A stretch of DNA of 38,146 nt from Ferrimicrobium sp. (GTDB lineage: Bacteria; Actinomycetota; Acidimicrobiia; Acidimicrobiales; Acidimicrobiaceae). Position numbers and translations under genes: made by a program. Positions 28,623 through 37,681 of this stretch are shown piece after piece (position 1 is the stretch's first letter; every line of letters begins with the position of its first letter). Under the pieces are notes generated by a model. That model was given only the letters and a program-made list of their open reading frames with translations, ran no database searches and had not been told where the DNA came from. Location: the NCBI GenBank assembly GCA_027365375.1, contig DAHXNM010000007.1, positions 1 through 38,146 on the forward strand, in the 5' to 3' direction.

Positions 28623-28666
28623 TCTCTTGGTGTTGCTGGTCGGGATTCAGGCGTGAATGCTTGATC
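28586..28666 (+). repeat. Perfect 39-bp direct repeat x2, separated by TCT
   Basis: TGGTGTTGCTGGTCGGGATTCAGGCGTGAATGCTTGATC at 28586-28624 and 28628-28666. Confidence 0.97.
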
Positions 28667-28701
28667 GTAGTTTGTAAAAATCTTTATAGAAGGGTTTGGT
28701 T

Positions 28702-30015
28702 ATGACAGTTTCCAAAAAGAAAAATAGAGGGTTTAGTCTCGTTGCCATTGCTCTTGGTTCGTCAGCGGTCCTCGCGGCCTGTGGTTCATCAAGCTCAGCG
28801 AGCACGGGTTCTACGACCTCCGCTAAGAAATCTGCTCCTGTGACAGTGACGCTATGGGAGTCGCATAATGGCGGTCCAGTTGGCAACGAAATGACGGCTC
28901 TACAAAATAGTTTCAACGCAACGCATGCGAGCGTTAAAGTAAATATTGTAGTTACCAAGGCATCGAGTAAATTGCTTGCGGCTATTGCCGCGGGTGATCC
29001 TCCAACTCTTGCAGAGATTAGCCATTATGATGGTAAGTATGTGAAGTCGGGGGCGCTGGTTTCGTGGAATAAGTATATAGCAAAATCTTCTGTAGTTACG
29101 CAGACAAATGTGGTACCGCCAGTCTGGCGCAATGGCGAGGTTGGGTCAATCCACTATAGGTTGCAGGCTGGCGTGAAAGTGTCCGAGGTCTTTTATAATC
29201 AGTCGCTTTTTTCAAAGGCTGGCATATCTAGTGTTCCTCTGACTGACGCGCAGATGGCTGCAGATGCTGCCAAGTTAAAGGCTATAGGGGTGATTCCGCT
29301 CGGTTGGAAGGATTCTTCGGCTCATATCCTACCTACTTTTCTGAGCAATGGTGGTTCGATGTTAAAGGGTTCGAATGCGGTCGGCCATAGTGTCGCATTC
29401 GACAACGCTGCTGGTACTGCGACATTTTCGTACTTCCATCACCTGTACTCAGCCGGTGAAATGCAGTTTCATCATGGAACAACTTTGCGTCAGGATTTTG
29501 CTTCCGGCAAGATAGGAATGATCGACGGTACTTCAGCTGGGTATGCTAAGGTGCTGGCTGCTGTTGGCGGCGCGTTCAAGGTCGGGGCGTTCGTAGAGCC
29601 ATCCGGTTCTACTGGCATCCATTATAATTTGGCACAGGGTCTTGGGTTCGTGTTGCCAAAGGCTGATACCACTGCTCAGCGTAACGCTGCTTGGACCTTC
29701 GTTCAGTGGTTCTTGGGAGCTAAGCAGCAAGCGGCTTGGGCCGAAGCGACTGGTTTTGCGCCCGAAACGAAGGCTGGCGTTTCCGATATTCCTGCGAGTT
29801 TCCTAGCGACGCATCCAGGTTTGAAGGCGTCAATAGCTGCAGTGGAGTCGCCATACACGTTCCCACGGCCAGTGTCCGACTCGTATAACGAAGTTCAGGC
29901 CTCCCTTGATACGGAGTTCTTCAACGCTGTGACGGGTAAACAGTCGATTTCGTCTGCTTTATCGACGCTTCAATCGCAAGGGAACTCCTATATGAGTGGT
30001 GCGAGCGAGTTGTAG
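28702..30015 (+). CDS. CUT1 ABC substrate-binding lipoprotein (UgpB-like)
   Basis: Lipobox LAAC, LLAAIAAGDPP.LA, FYNQSLFSKAG, AAWTFVQWF and WAEATGF.P. Confidence 0.88.
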   Translation: MTVSKKKNRGFSLVAIALGSSAVLAACGSSSSASTGSTTSAKKSAPVTVTLWESHNGGPVGNEMTALQNSFNATHASVKVNIVVTKASSKLLAAIAAGDPPTLAEISHYDGKYVKSGALVSWNKYIAKSSVVTQTNVVPPVWRNGEVGSIHYRLQAGVKVSEVFYNQSLFSKAGISSVPLTDAQMAADAAKLKAIGVIPLGWKDSSAHILPTFLSNGGSMLKGSNAVGHSVAFDNAAGTATFSYFHHLYSAGEMQFHHGTTLRQDFASGKIGMIDGTSAGYAKVLAAVGGAFKVGAFVEPSGSTGIHYNLAQGLGFVLPKADTTAQRNAAWTFVQWFLGAKQQAAWAEATGFAPETKAGVSDIPASFLATHPGLKASIAAVESPYTFPRPVSDSYNEVQASLDTEFFNAVTGKQSISSALSTLQSQGNSYMSGASEL

Positions 30016-30101
30016 GCGTTCTAGAGGATTGCAGGTAGTCGTGGTGGATGCTGAGGCTACCTGCATAGGATTGCCCAGATTGAGTCAGGCGAGGTAGACG
30101 A

Positions 30102-30863
30102 GTGGTTGAGCTTGGAGATTCTTTCGATGCGCCGCTAGAACTGGTGCGCTGGTTTCGCACGACTCGACCAAGTATTTTGGTTGTAGAGGATGATGCTGTT
30201 TTTAGGCAGGCGCTGAGTAGCTATTTGTGGAATGCGGGCATTATCGTTTCCGAGGTCAGAGATGGAAATGAGGCGATCGATATAGCTCTCGATCCTCGGG
30301 TGTCCTTCGATGCGATTATACTCGATCTGCTGCTCCCGCTTCGTGATGGTAGCGAGGTGGTAGAGATGATTCGTTCGGCTGGTGTGCTAACGCCTGTTCT
30401 CATCCTGAGCGCCCTTGGTCAGCCACAGGATCGGGTTGCTGGCCTGAGTGTGGGTGCTGACGACTATCTAGGGAAGCCGGTGCATTTCGTTGAGCTTCTT
30501 TTGAGGCTAGCCAAGCTCATACAGCGAAGAGACGACTCAGCGGTTGCGCTGAGCCGCCTAAGGTGTGGGCGAATCCTGATCGGCGTAGAGACCAGGCAGG
30601 TTTGGGTTGGGGAGGATGAGGTTTTTCTCAGTCCTACCGAGTTTGATATCCTTCGATACTTGGTAATGCGGTCGGGGCTCGTGTTGACCAGGGAGACTAT
30701 TCGCTCTGTGATCTGGCCCGAGGTTGATACCATAGCTCCTAATCTCATCGATTCTCATATCGCACATCTCCGGCGTAAACTCGATGGTTTAGAGACTGGC
30801 GCCTACATCCAGACGGTCCATGGTGTTGGCTATCGTCTGCAGGTAGATGTGGATGTCCATTAA
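30102..30863 (+). CDS. OmpR/PhoB-family response regulator
   Basis: ILVVEDD, IILDLLLP, LSA, GADDYLGKP, LSPTEFDIL and IQTVHGVGYRL. Start uncertain. Confidence 0.93.
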   Translation: MVELGDSFDAPLELVRWFRTTRPSILVVEDDAVFRQALSSYLWNAGIIVSEVRDGNEAIDIALDPRVSFDAIILDLLLPLRDGSEVVEMIRSAGVLTPVLILSALGQPQDRVAGLSVGADDYLGKPVHFVELLLRLAKLIQRRDDSAVALSRLRCGRILIGVETRQVWVGEDEVFLSPTEFDILRYLVMRSGLVLTRETIRSVIWPEVDTIAPNLIDSHIAHLRRKLDGLETGAYIQTVHGVGYRLQVDVDVH

Positions 30864-32226
30864 GTGGCGGTTGGCGATCATCGTCGGTGTTATTGCTGTG
30901 TTGTTGGTTGTTTTTAGCGCAATTGTGCTTCAGTGGCGAATTACGGCTGGTATCACCGCGACCACCGAGGATGCGCTGCACTCCACCGGTCGGCGGATTG
31001 CAAATGACCTTGCATCCGGTCGGCTGATGCTTCACCCCGGGAGGTTGGTGAGGGTGGCGGCCGATTCGGAGTTAGTTCAAGTCGCTACCGATAGCGGTCG
31101 TCTACTGTATACGACTGAGGCAGCGGGCAAGAGTTTGTTGCTGGCTAAGCGTTCGTTGTTAACGGTTCGATCTGGATCATTTATATCGGCACCAACCAGT
31201 ACCGGGCTGCGGAGATTGATCTTTGTTAGCGCTAGCGGTGGTCCATCGGAGAGGTTCATTATCGTGGCTAGCAACGAAGATGAGCTCAGCAATGCGTTGA
31301 GCCAGCTATGGCTGGTGGTTGCCTTCGGTGGGCCAGTCGTGGTCGGCCTCTCGGTGGTCGGCGCTTGGATATTAGCGCAGATTGCTTTGCGTCCAGTGGC
31401 CCGGCTTAGCCTCGAAGCTGAGACATTGTCGGTCGGCAGGCTGAGCCAACGGTTGGAGGTTCCCACAACCAACGATGAATTAGCTACGTTAGCGGAGATG
31501 TTGAACCGGCTTCTTGATCGCCTTCAAGCGCTCATGGAGAGTCAACATTGGTTTATCCAATCGGCGAGCCATGAGTTGCGAACGCCTCTGGCGACTATCT
31601 CTGCTGAGCTGCAGTTGGCTGTACTCCATTCGACTGATCCAATTGCGTTAGCTCAGGCGCTGCAGTCTGCCGAGGTAGCGGTTGATCAGCTGGCCGCTTT
31701 AAGTGACGACCTCTTGCTGCTCGCGCAAGGTCAAGCGGGATCGCTCACGCTCGGGTTCCAGGAGGTAGATCTCGAGCGGTTGACCGCGGCGGCCCTCGCT
31801 GCTGCGAACGATCGCTCCGGGGATGCTAGCCTTTCTTTTGTTCTTGACTGTCCTGTGGCGATATCGGTGGTTGCTGATCCGATCAGAGTGCGACAGATAC
31901 TCGATAATTTACTAGAGAATTGTCTTCGTTATGCGAACCCAGGAATGGTGACGCTCTCGGTGGGTATAGAAGGAGCCTGGGTGGTGATCGCGATACAGGA
32001 TGAGGGTCAGGGCTTTCCGGAGGAGCTGCTCGATGCGGCCTTCGAGCGCTTTAGTCGTGGCGTTCCAAGCAGATCGCGCGAGACTGGAGGAGCTGGTTTG
32101 GGCCTCAGCATTGTCAGGTTACTTACTGAATTGCATCATGGTTCTGTTCAGGTGGCAAACGTCGCCGGAGGTGCTCGTGTTAGCGTGCGGCTACCGTTGT
32201 CCGGTGTGGTTAGCGCGAATTACTAG
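30847..32226 (+). CDS. HAMP-containing sensor histidine kinase
   Basis: Two TMs, HAMP (DELATLAEMLN), H-box SHELRTPL, N-box NLLEN, D.G.G, F.RF.R and GAGLGLSIV. Confidence 0.93.
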   Translation: MWMSIKWRLAIIVGVIAVLLVVFSAIVLQWRITAGITATTEDALHSTGRRIANDLASGRLMLHPGRLVRVAADSELVQVATDSGRLLYTTEAAGKSLLLAKRSLLTVRSGSFISAPTSTGLRRLIFVSASGGPSERFIIVASNEDELSNALSQLWLVVAFGGPVVVGLSVVGAWILAQIALRPVARLSLEAETLSVGRLSQRLEVPTTNDELATLAEMLNRLLDRLQALMESQHWFIQSASHELRTPLATISAELQLAVLHSTDPIALAQALQSAEVAVDQLAALSDDLLLLAQGQAGSLTLGFQEVDLERLTAAALAAANDRSGDASLSFVLDCPVAISVVADPIRVRQILDNLLENCLRYANPGMVTLSVGIEGAWVVIAIQDEGQGFPEELLDAAFERFSRGVPSRSRETGGAGLGLSIVRLLTELHHGSVQVANVAGGARVSVRLPLSGVVSANY

Positions 32227-32301
32227 CAGTAGTGGATATTTCTGTGGGATACAGAGATGCGGGAGCGGTGATATGAAGTTTTTAGTGAGCAAGGAGATGA
32301 G

Positions 32302-34095
32302 TTGTTGAACTCGAATGGTCTGAAAATATTAGTGCCGATCAAACAGGTTCCAAGGACCGAGGAGATTGCCCTAGATGAGTCCGGCAGGTTGATTCGCCAC
32401 GGAGTGGATCTTGAGATCAATGCCTTCTGTCGCCGCGCGATTGCGAAGTCGGTCGAGTTGGCGCGAGAGCATGGAGGTACGGTGACTGCGGTCACCATGG
32501 GGCCGCCGGCGGCGCAAGCCGCCTTACGTGAAGCTATTGCGGCCGGCGTGGATGAGGGTTATCTGTTGTCGGATCCAGGTCTTGCGGGTTCAGACACACT
32601 GGTAACCGCACAAGTTTTGGCTCGTTTCGTCGCCGAGTTTGGGCCGTTCTCTATGATTATGTTAGGTAGATTTTCCATCGATGCTGGTACCGGTCAGGTT
32701 GGACCACAACTAGCCGAACTGCTTGGTCTACCCTACGCTGGCGCGGCCAACTCTATCGAGTTCGAGGACGAATTTGTCGCGTTGCACTGTGAACTCGACT
32801 CGGGCACTCGCGAATTGGTGGTTCAGCTCCCGGCTGTGATAGCTGTAGCTGAACGACTCTGTTCCCCCTCAAAGCCGTCACCTGAATCGATAGCGAGTGT
32901 CGGCATCGATCAAGTGAAGGTACTCGACGCGGATAGGCTAGGGATCGATTTTCCGATCGGGATTGATGGATCACCGACGTTTGTGCGAGGTATGACTCGG
33001 GTGCAACAGGCTCGTAGTGGGCTAAGTTGGCCTGGTCCGCTCGAGGAACAGATAGCAAAGTTGTCGTTGTTCTTGGAGGGACGTGATCTCGCTGGTGGGA
33101 ATGAGCCGTGCTCTCGCAGCATGGATAGTTCCCTCTCCCTCTCCTCGATCGTGGTGGTCTGTGATCACGAGCAACGGGCTGCAACAGAAGAGTTGATTGC
33201 GTTTGCTAAAACGCTTGGTGCACCAGGGCAGTCAAGAGTCACGCTGATCGGATTCGATGACGGACAGGGTGCCTTTTCGGGTGGTGACTTTAGCATCGAA
33301 TTGCGAGGGAGCAAGCATGAGGCTGACGTAGCGGCTGTCCTTGCGGAGTGGATAAGCGACAATCCTCCGGAGCTCATTATCGCTCCCGCTACTGGTTTTG
33401 GACGTGAAGTGGCCGCTAGGTTGGCTGCGGCACTTCGGGTTGGCCTCATTGGTGACGCACTGGAACTCGAGATAGTAGATGGTGGTAAAGTCGTTGCCTA
33501 TAAACCAGTTGGTTCTGAGCTAACGATGGCTGCAATATCTACGCGTTCAGCGGTTCAGATAGTCACTATGAAGCCTGGTAGGGTGACGAGGGCTGCCGAT
33601 GCGTCGCAGTTTTTATCCGTACCCTCTGATCAGGTGGTTACTGTTCCTCGACGAGCTAATATCGAGACTATTTCTCGGAATATTACAGAGGATGTTCGTG
33701 AGCTAGATGAAGCAAGACTCGTCATAGGCGTTGGCCTTGGTGTCGATCCTAACGACTACCCATTTCTGTATGAACAGGCTGCGCGTATCGGTGCCTCTGT
33801 AGCTTGCACCCGCAAGGTGGCGGATCGCGGTTGGATGCCTAGGTCTCGCCAGATCGGAGTGACTGGTAGGTCGATCGCTCCTGCTCTATACCTCGCCGTG
33901 GGCACTAGGGGAAGCTTCAATCATCTTGTTGGAGTCAATGGTGCTGGAACCATCTTGGGAATCAACAATGACCCTGCGGCTGTCTTAACTGCGGCTACAG
34001 ATGCTGTCGTTGTGTCCGACTGGAAAATTGCGCTTCCACGTATAGTCGAGCTCGTAGCTGGGTTCGTGGGTCTTGGAGTGGTTAGCTCTAGCTGA
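32302..34095 (+). CDS. Fused electron transfer flavoprotein beta-alpha (EtfB-EtfA single chain)
   Basis: The N-terminal part has EtfB motifs (IKQVP, TMGPP.A..ALREA, AGSDTLVT, SIDAGTGQVGP, GSPT.V). The C-terminal part has EtfA FAD motifs (TRKVADRGW, QIGVTG, LYLAVG.RG..NH.VG, INNDP). One open frame of 597 aa. Confidence 0.88.
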   Translation: MLNSNGLKILVPIKQVPRTEEIALDESGRLIRHGVDLEINAFCRRAIAKSVELAREHGGTVTAVTMGPPAAQAALREAIAAGVDEGYLLSDPGLAGSDTLVTAQVLARFVAEFGPFSMIMLGRFSIDAGTGQVGPQLAELLGLPYAGAANSIEFEDEFVALHCELDSGTRELVVQLPAVIAVAERLCSPSKPSPESIASVGIDQVKVLDADRLGIDFPIGIDGSPTFVRGMTRVQQARSGLSWPGPLEEQIAKLSLFLEGRDLAGGNEPCSRSMDSSLSLSSIVVVCDHEQRAATEELIAFAKTLGAPGQSRVTLIGFDDGQGAFSGGDFSIELRGSKHEADVAAVLAEWISDNPPELIIAPATGFGREVAARLAAALRVGLIGDALELEIVDGGKVVAYKPVGSELTMAAISTRSAVQIVTMKPGRVTRAADASQFLSVPSDQVVTVPRRANIETISRNITEDVRELDEARLVIGVGLGVDPNDYPFLYEQAARIGASVACTRKVADRGWMPRSRQIGVTGRSIAPALYLAVGTRGSFNHLVGVNGAGTILGINNDPAAVLTAATDAVVVSDWKIALPRIVELVAGFVGLGVVSSS

Positions 34096-34194
34096 TTTAC
34101 CCAGAGTGTGAGAGGTTCAACGAAACTACTTGCCCGCTTTCCAAGTCGAGGATTTTCAACGCGTTCGCCATCTTTTTTGTAGAATCAAAGATAT

Positions 34195-34303
34195 CCGATC
34201 AGGCAACTACCTTCCTTGCTGGTGGGCAGGTTTTAAGGTCTTCAGCCCAGTGATGTGATCACTGGAGCCTGCTCGCCGCATGGTGCGGTAGTTGTCGAAT
34301 CCG
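34195..34303 (+). ncRNA. Candidate structured RNA or long rod-like hairpin between convergent genes
   Basis: Nested stems 34202-34211/34287-34296, 34224-34232/34266-34274 and 34247-34254/34258-34265. TAGAAT at 34180-34185. Confidence 0.35.
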
Positions 34304-34354
34304 GGTCGAAGCTGTTCCCTGTCTCTCTTGTTTGTGAAACGGCGGGTATTTGAC

Positions 34355-34876
34355 TTAGGTGAGTAGTGCCTTGGTAATGATCGGATAGAAGCATTCCAGC
34401 CCTTTAGTGATCCGTGTTGGATCCTTTGCCATGTCGTCGGCTAGGCGGAGTCGGATGGCATCGCCAAAGTAGGCGCTTGCCTCGAATTCCTTAAGTTCGC
34501 CGAGTGTCAATGCTCCACCCTGCTCAACCAAACTCGCCTTTGACTCGCTCGATAGACGTTGCCAATAACGCGGATCTATTCGCACTAGATATCGTTTGGC
34601 GGTTACATGCAAGCCAATAAGTTGGCATACCCTATCGGAAAATCCTAGCGACCTTGCAATCGCTGAACCGTCTGCGGCATGCTCTGTCTCACTCGATCCG
34701 TCAGTCCAAGCAAGGTCGTGAAGCAACCCTGCCACCGTGAGTTCTGGATCCCCACAATCTTCCCACAATAGCTCTGCAGTTTGGAGTAGGTGGTCAATGA
34801 GGGGCAACTCTTCTCGGTAGCTTTCGAGGAGTTTTGGGCTGCTCAAGCATGCTATGATCGACTCTGCGTTTGCCAC
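34355..34876 (-). CDS. PhnZ/TmpB-like HD-domain di-iron oxygenase
   Basis: H.LQTA, AGLLHD, H...G, LHV.AKRYL...DP.Y..RLS..S..SL..QGG and AIRLR.ADD.AK. Confidence 0.82.
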   Translation of the reverse strand: MANAESIIACLSSPKLLESYREELPLIDHLLQTAELLWEDCGDPELTVAGLLHDLAWTDGSSETEHAADGSAIARSLGFSDRVCQLIGLHVTAKRYLVRIDPRYWQRLSSESKASLVEQGGALTLGELKEFEASAYFGDAIRLRLADDMAKDPTRITKGLECFYPIITKALLT

Positions 34877-34882
34877 TGAGAT

Positions 34883-36001
34883 CTAATCCAACTTGGCCAA
34901 CTCAGCTGGGATTGCGATCTCAGGTTCGTCGATGTCAGCGATGGTTAGCAGCGTGGGACCCCGCTGAAAGACCTCTACACTTTCGCCGATACTGAAAGCA
35001 ATCGACTCATCAGGCGACACGGCTACGATCAGCTTCGACCCACCGCTTCCTCGGATGTGAGCAGCAAAACTCGATCCAAGAAACGACATCTCGACGAGGC
35101 GACAACTGCCATTGGCAATAGCTCGAACCCCGAGCTGCTCGGGTCGAACCAGTACCGAGACTTTGGAGCCGACGGCCACTGAATCTCCTATAGAGAACGA
35201 ACCGAACTCGCGGGTCATCACCATATCCTCTTGGGTTGCGGTGCCAGAGATCCGATTGACCTTGCCAACGAACTCTGCGACGAACTCTGTCGACGGGGCT
35301 GCATATATCTCTGTCGGCGAACCTAGCTGTTCAAGCACGCCCTGGTGCATAACGCCAATCCGATCAGCAATGGCGAGCGCCTCCTCCTGATCATGGGTCA
35401 CAAAGATGGTTGCAATCCCCACCTCTTTTTGTACTCGTCGGATCTCCTCCCGGAGGTTCACTCGCACCTTAGCATCGAGCGCCGATAGCGGCTCATCGAG
35501 AAGCAACACTGTTGGTTCGATGGCCAATGCCCGGGCCAGAGCGACGCGTTGTTGTTGCCCACCAGAGAGTTGGTGCGCAAACCGATCGCCGAGCTCTCCT
35601 AGGCCCACTAGTTCTAGTAATTCATTGGAGCGTCTCCTTCGTTTTGCTCCGCTCACCTTCCTGATTTTTAGGCCAAACTCTATATTTTCAGCCGCGGTCA
35701 AATGCGGAAAGAGGCTGTAGTGTTGAAAGACAATTCCCATATTTCGTTTGGCTGTGGGCTGCTGGGTGATGTCATGGTCGCCTACGAAGACATGGCCACC
35801 GTCGAGGCGCTCGAGGCCGGCGACAGACCGAAGGGCGGTTGATTTGCCACAGCCCGAGGGTCCGAGCAACACCACGAGTTCACCGGCTTGAACATGCAGT
35901 GAAAAACCGTCAAGCGCACGCGTGGAACCGTAGAACTTCTTGAGCCCCTCCAGACGCAGATTACCGTGTGGCACCGACACTCCTTTTCTTTGTACGGCCA
36001 T
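34883..36001 (-). CDS. PotA-type ABC ATP-binding protein
   Basis: GPSGCGKST, VFQHYSLFPH, LSGGQQQRVALARAL, LLLDEPLSALD and VTHDQEEA. Confidence 0.93.
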   Translation of the reverse strand: MAVQRKGVSVPHGNLRLEGLKKFYGSTRALDGFSLHVQAGELVVLLGPSGCGKSTALRSVAGLERLDGGHVFVGDHDITQQPTAKRNMGIVFQHYSLFPHLTAAENIEFGLKIRKVSGAKRRRRSNELLELVGLGELGDRFAHQLSGGQQQRVALARALAIEPTVLLLDEPLSALDAKVRVNLREEIRRVQKEVGIATIFVTHDQEEALAIADRIGVMHQGVLEQLGSPTEIYAAPSTEFVAEFVGKVNRISGTATQEDMVMTREFGSFSIGDSVAVGSKVSVLVRPEQLGVRAIANGSCRLVEMSFLGSSFAAHIRGSGGSKLIVAVSPDESIAFSIGESVEVFQRGPTLLTIADIDEPEIAIPAELAKLD

Positions 36002-36788
36002 TGCCGAATATGGTGACCAGCGAGAGTGGTATGAAAGCTACAAGCAGAGCGACCAACGATACCGCTACCGCTTCAGCTGCTGCAGTCAGACCGATCTGCA
36101 CGATGTAGACCGGAAAAGTATTGAAACTTAGCAGCGATGCGACCACAAATTCGCCGAGTGCATACGCGCCTGCCAAGATCAACGCTCCGATCATTCCTGC
36201 TCGCAGGTTCGGCAACAGTACCCCAATCAGCGTGCGGTTCCAGCTTGCGCCGAGAGATTGAGCCGCCTCCACGAGGGTATTGATATCGAGTGAACGTACT
36301 GCAGTGTCAAACGTGCGATAACTATACGGAAGCGCCAACATTACGTAGATGGGCGCCAGGATAAATGGGGAGGTCAGTATGACGTTCAATATGCTGTGAT
36401 AGGCTCCAAGAATCCCGAGTACCACGACAACCGAAGGTACTCCTAGTGGTACGATGCTTAGCGCATCGATCAAACCACGTAGTCTTGGCACCCTAACTGA
36501 GACCCAGATTGATGTTGGGATCACCAGAAGACCGGTCAAGATCACGGTAAGGATTGCTACTTGCAATGATAACCACAAAGATGACCGGAAAGACGGATCG
36601 TTAAATAGGGATCGATACGCCGAGAAAGTGATGTGATTATGGACTCCTAGGACCGAGTACCGAGCAGAAGCGATAATTGGTATGAGAAAGAACGCGCCAA
36701 CTACCAGCAATACGACTGCTCGAAACACTCCGCCAATTCCGGCCTGTCTAAGATGGCCCCCCTCGGCTCCAGGCACTACCGCAACCAA
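35961..36788 (-). CDS. PotC-type ABC permease
   Basis: 6 TMs, LVEAAQSLGA and LGEF. Confidence 0.9.
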   Translation of the reverse strand: MVAVVPGAEGGHLRQAGIGGVFRAVVLLVVGAFFLIPIIASARYSVLGVHNHITFSAYRSLFNDPSFRSSLWLSLQVAILTVILTGLLVIPTSIWVSVRVPRLRGLIDALSIVPLGVPSVVVVLGILGAYHSILNVILTSPFILAPIYVMLALPYSYRTFDTAVRSLDINTLVEAAQSLGASWNRTLIGVLLPNLRAGMIGALILAGAYALGEFVVASLLSFNTFPVYIVQIGLTAAAEAVAVSLVALLVAFIPLSLVTIFGNGRTKKRSVGATR

Positions 36789-37681
36789 CGTGATGCCTTC
36801 CTCTGGCTCAAGACATAAACGGTCGCAGCTAATGCGACCACGATGATCATGCCTAGTCCCAAGGCATTCCCGAGATTGGCCTGTCCAGCGGCTACATTCC
36901 CTGAGATGAGACTGCCAATCTGGATCGGCACGAGCGGTAGAGTCCCCGAGGTCAAGGCTTCAGCCGTTGCATACGCAGCGAATGCGTCTGCGAATATGAC
37001 CACCGTCCCCGAAAGAATGGCAGGGGTCAGGATTGGTAGCCCGACTGACCACCAAAATCTGAGCTTTGACGCCCCGAGGGAGCGTGCGGCCTCGACCCAG
37101 GCGGATCTGATGTTTTGGATGGGTCCCAACATCACGAGAATCATCACAGGGATCAAGAAGTACTGATAGACGATTATGAGTCCGATTACTGAATAAAGGG
37201 AGAACCCATGTGCGTAGAGGTTAATACCCATGTCGGAAAGGATTTTGGTGACGATGCCGAAGTTGCCCAACGTTGCAATGAAGGCGAAAGCCAGCGGAAC
37301 GCCGCCTGTATTTGCGAGTACGCTTGAGCTCGATTGCACCAGTGCGCGTGGACGGCCTTTGGTGGCTGCCACCGCCAGCGCGGCTAGGAAGCCAACTACC
37401 ACCGCGATAATGGTGCTACCAGCTGACAGTTCGAACGAAGCTACAAACGAGTGGAGGTAGGGACCGGAGAACGCGAGACGAAGATTGGAGAGTGTCAGCG
37501 TCCCATTGTTGGATTCGAAGGCCCCTATCAAGACCGATATCGCTGGTATGATCAGGAAAATAAGTAAAAACAGAAGATAGGGAAGCACTCCTCCGTAACG
37601 GCGAACCTCACGCCGTTTGTGAGCTACGAGAGGAGGGCTGGGGAGACCCTCCTCTCTGCTACGGGTAAGGGTGGTTACCAT
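36776..37681 (-). CDS. PotB-type ABC permease
   Basis: 6 TMs, GGVPLAFAF, WVEAARSLGA and FAAYATA. Confidence 0.9.
   Translation of the reverse strand: MVTTLTRSREEGLPSPPLVAHKRREVRRYGGVLPYLLFLLIFLIIPAISVLIGAFESNNGTLTLSNLRLAFSGPYLHSFVASFELSAGSTIIAVVVGFLAALAVAATKGRPRALVQSSSSVLANTGGVPLAFAFIATLGNFGIVTKILSDMGINLYAHGFSLYSVIGLIIVYQYFLIPVMILVMLGPIQNIRSAWVEAARSLGASKLRFWWSVGLPILTPAILSGTVVIFADAFAAYATAEALTSGTLPLVPIQIGSLISGNVAAGQANLGNALGLGMIIVVALAATVYVLSQRKASRWLR

Noticed and set aside
28586-28666. CRISPR array
   Set aside because: Only two copies with a 3-bp gap, the repeat is coding sequence, and there are no cas genes.
34208-34219. Exact 12-mer TACCTTCCTTGC shared with 838-849 (SD of the DSD1-type gene), suggesting an sRNA-target pair
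   Set aside because: Dozens of chance 12-mer matches are expected within 38 kb, and SD-like words are enriched, so this is not evidence by itself.
34230-34320. yybP-ykoY riboswitch suggested by AGACCTT on the minus strand
   Set aside because: The GGGGAGTAGC element is absent, and the site lies between two gene ends rather than in a 5' UTR.
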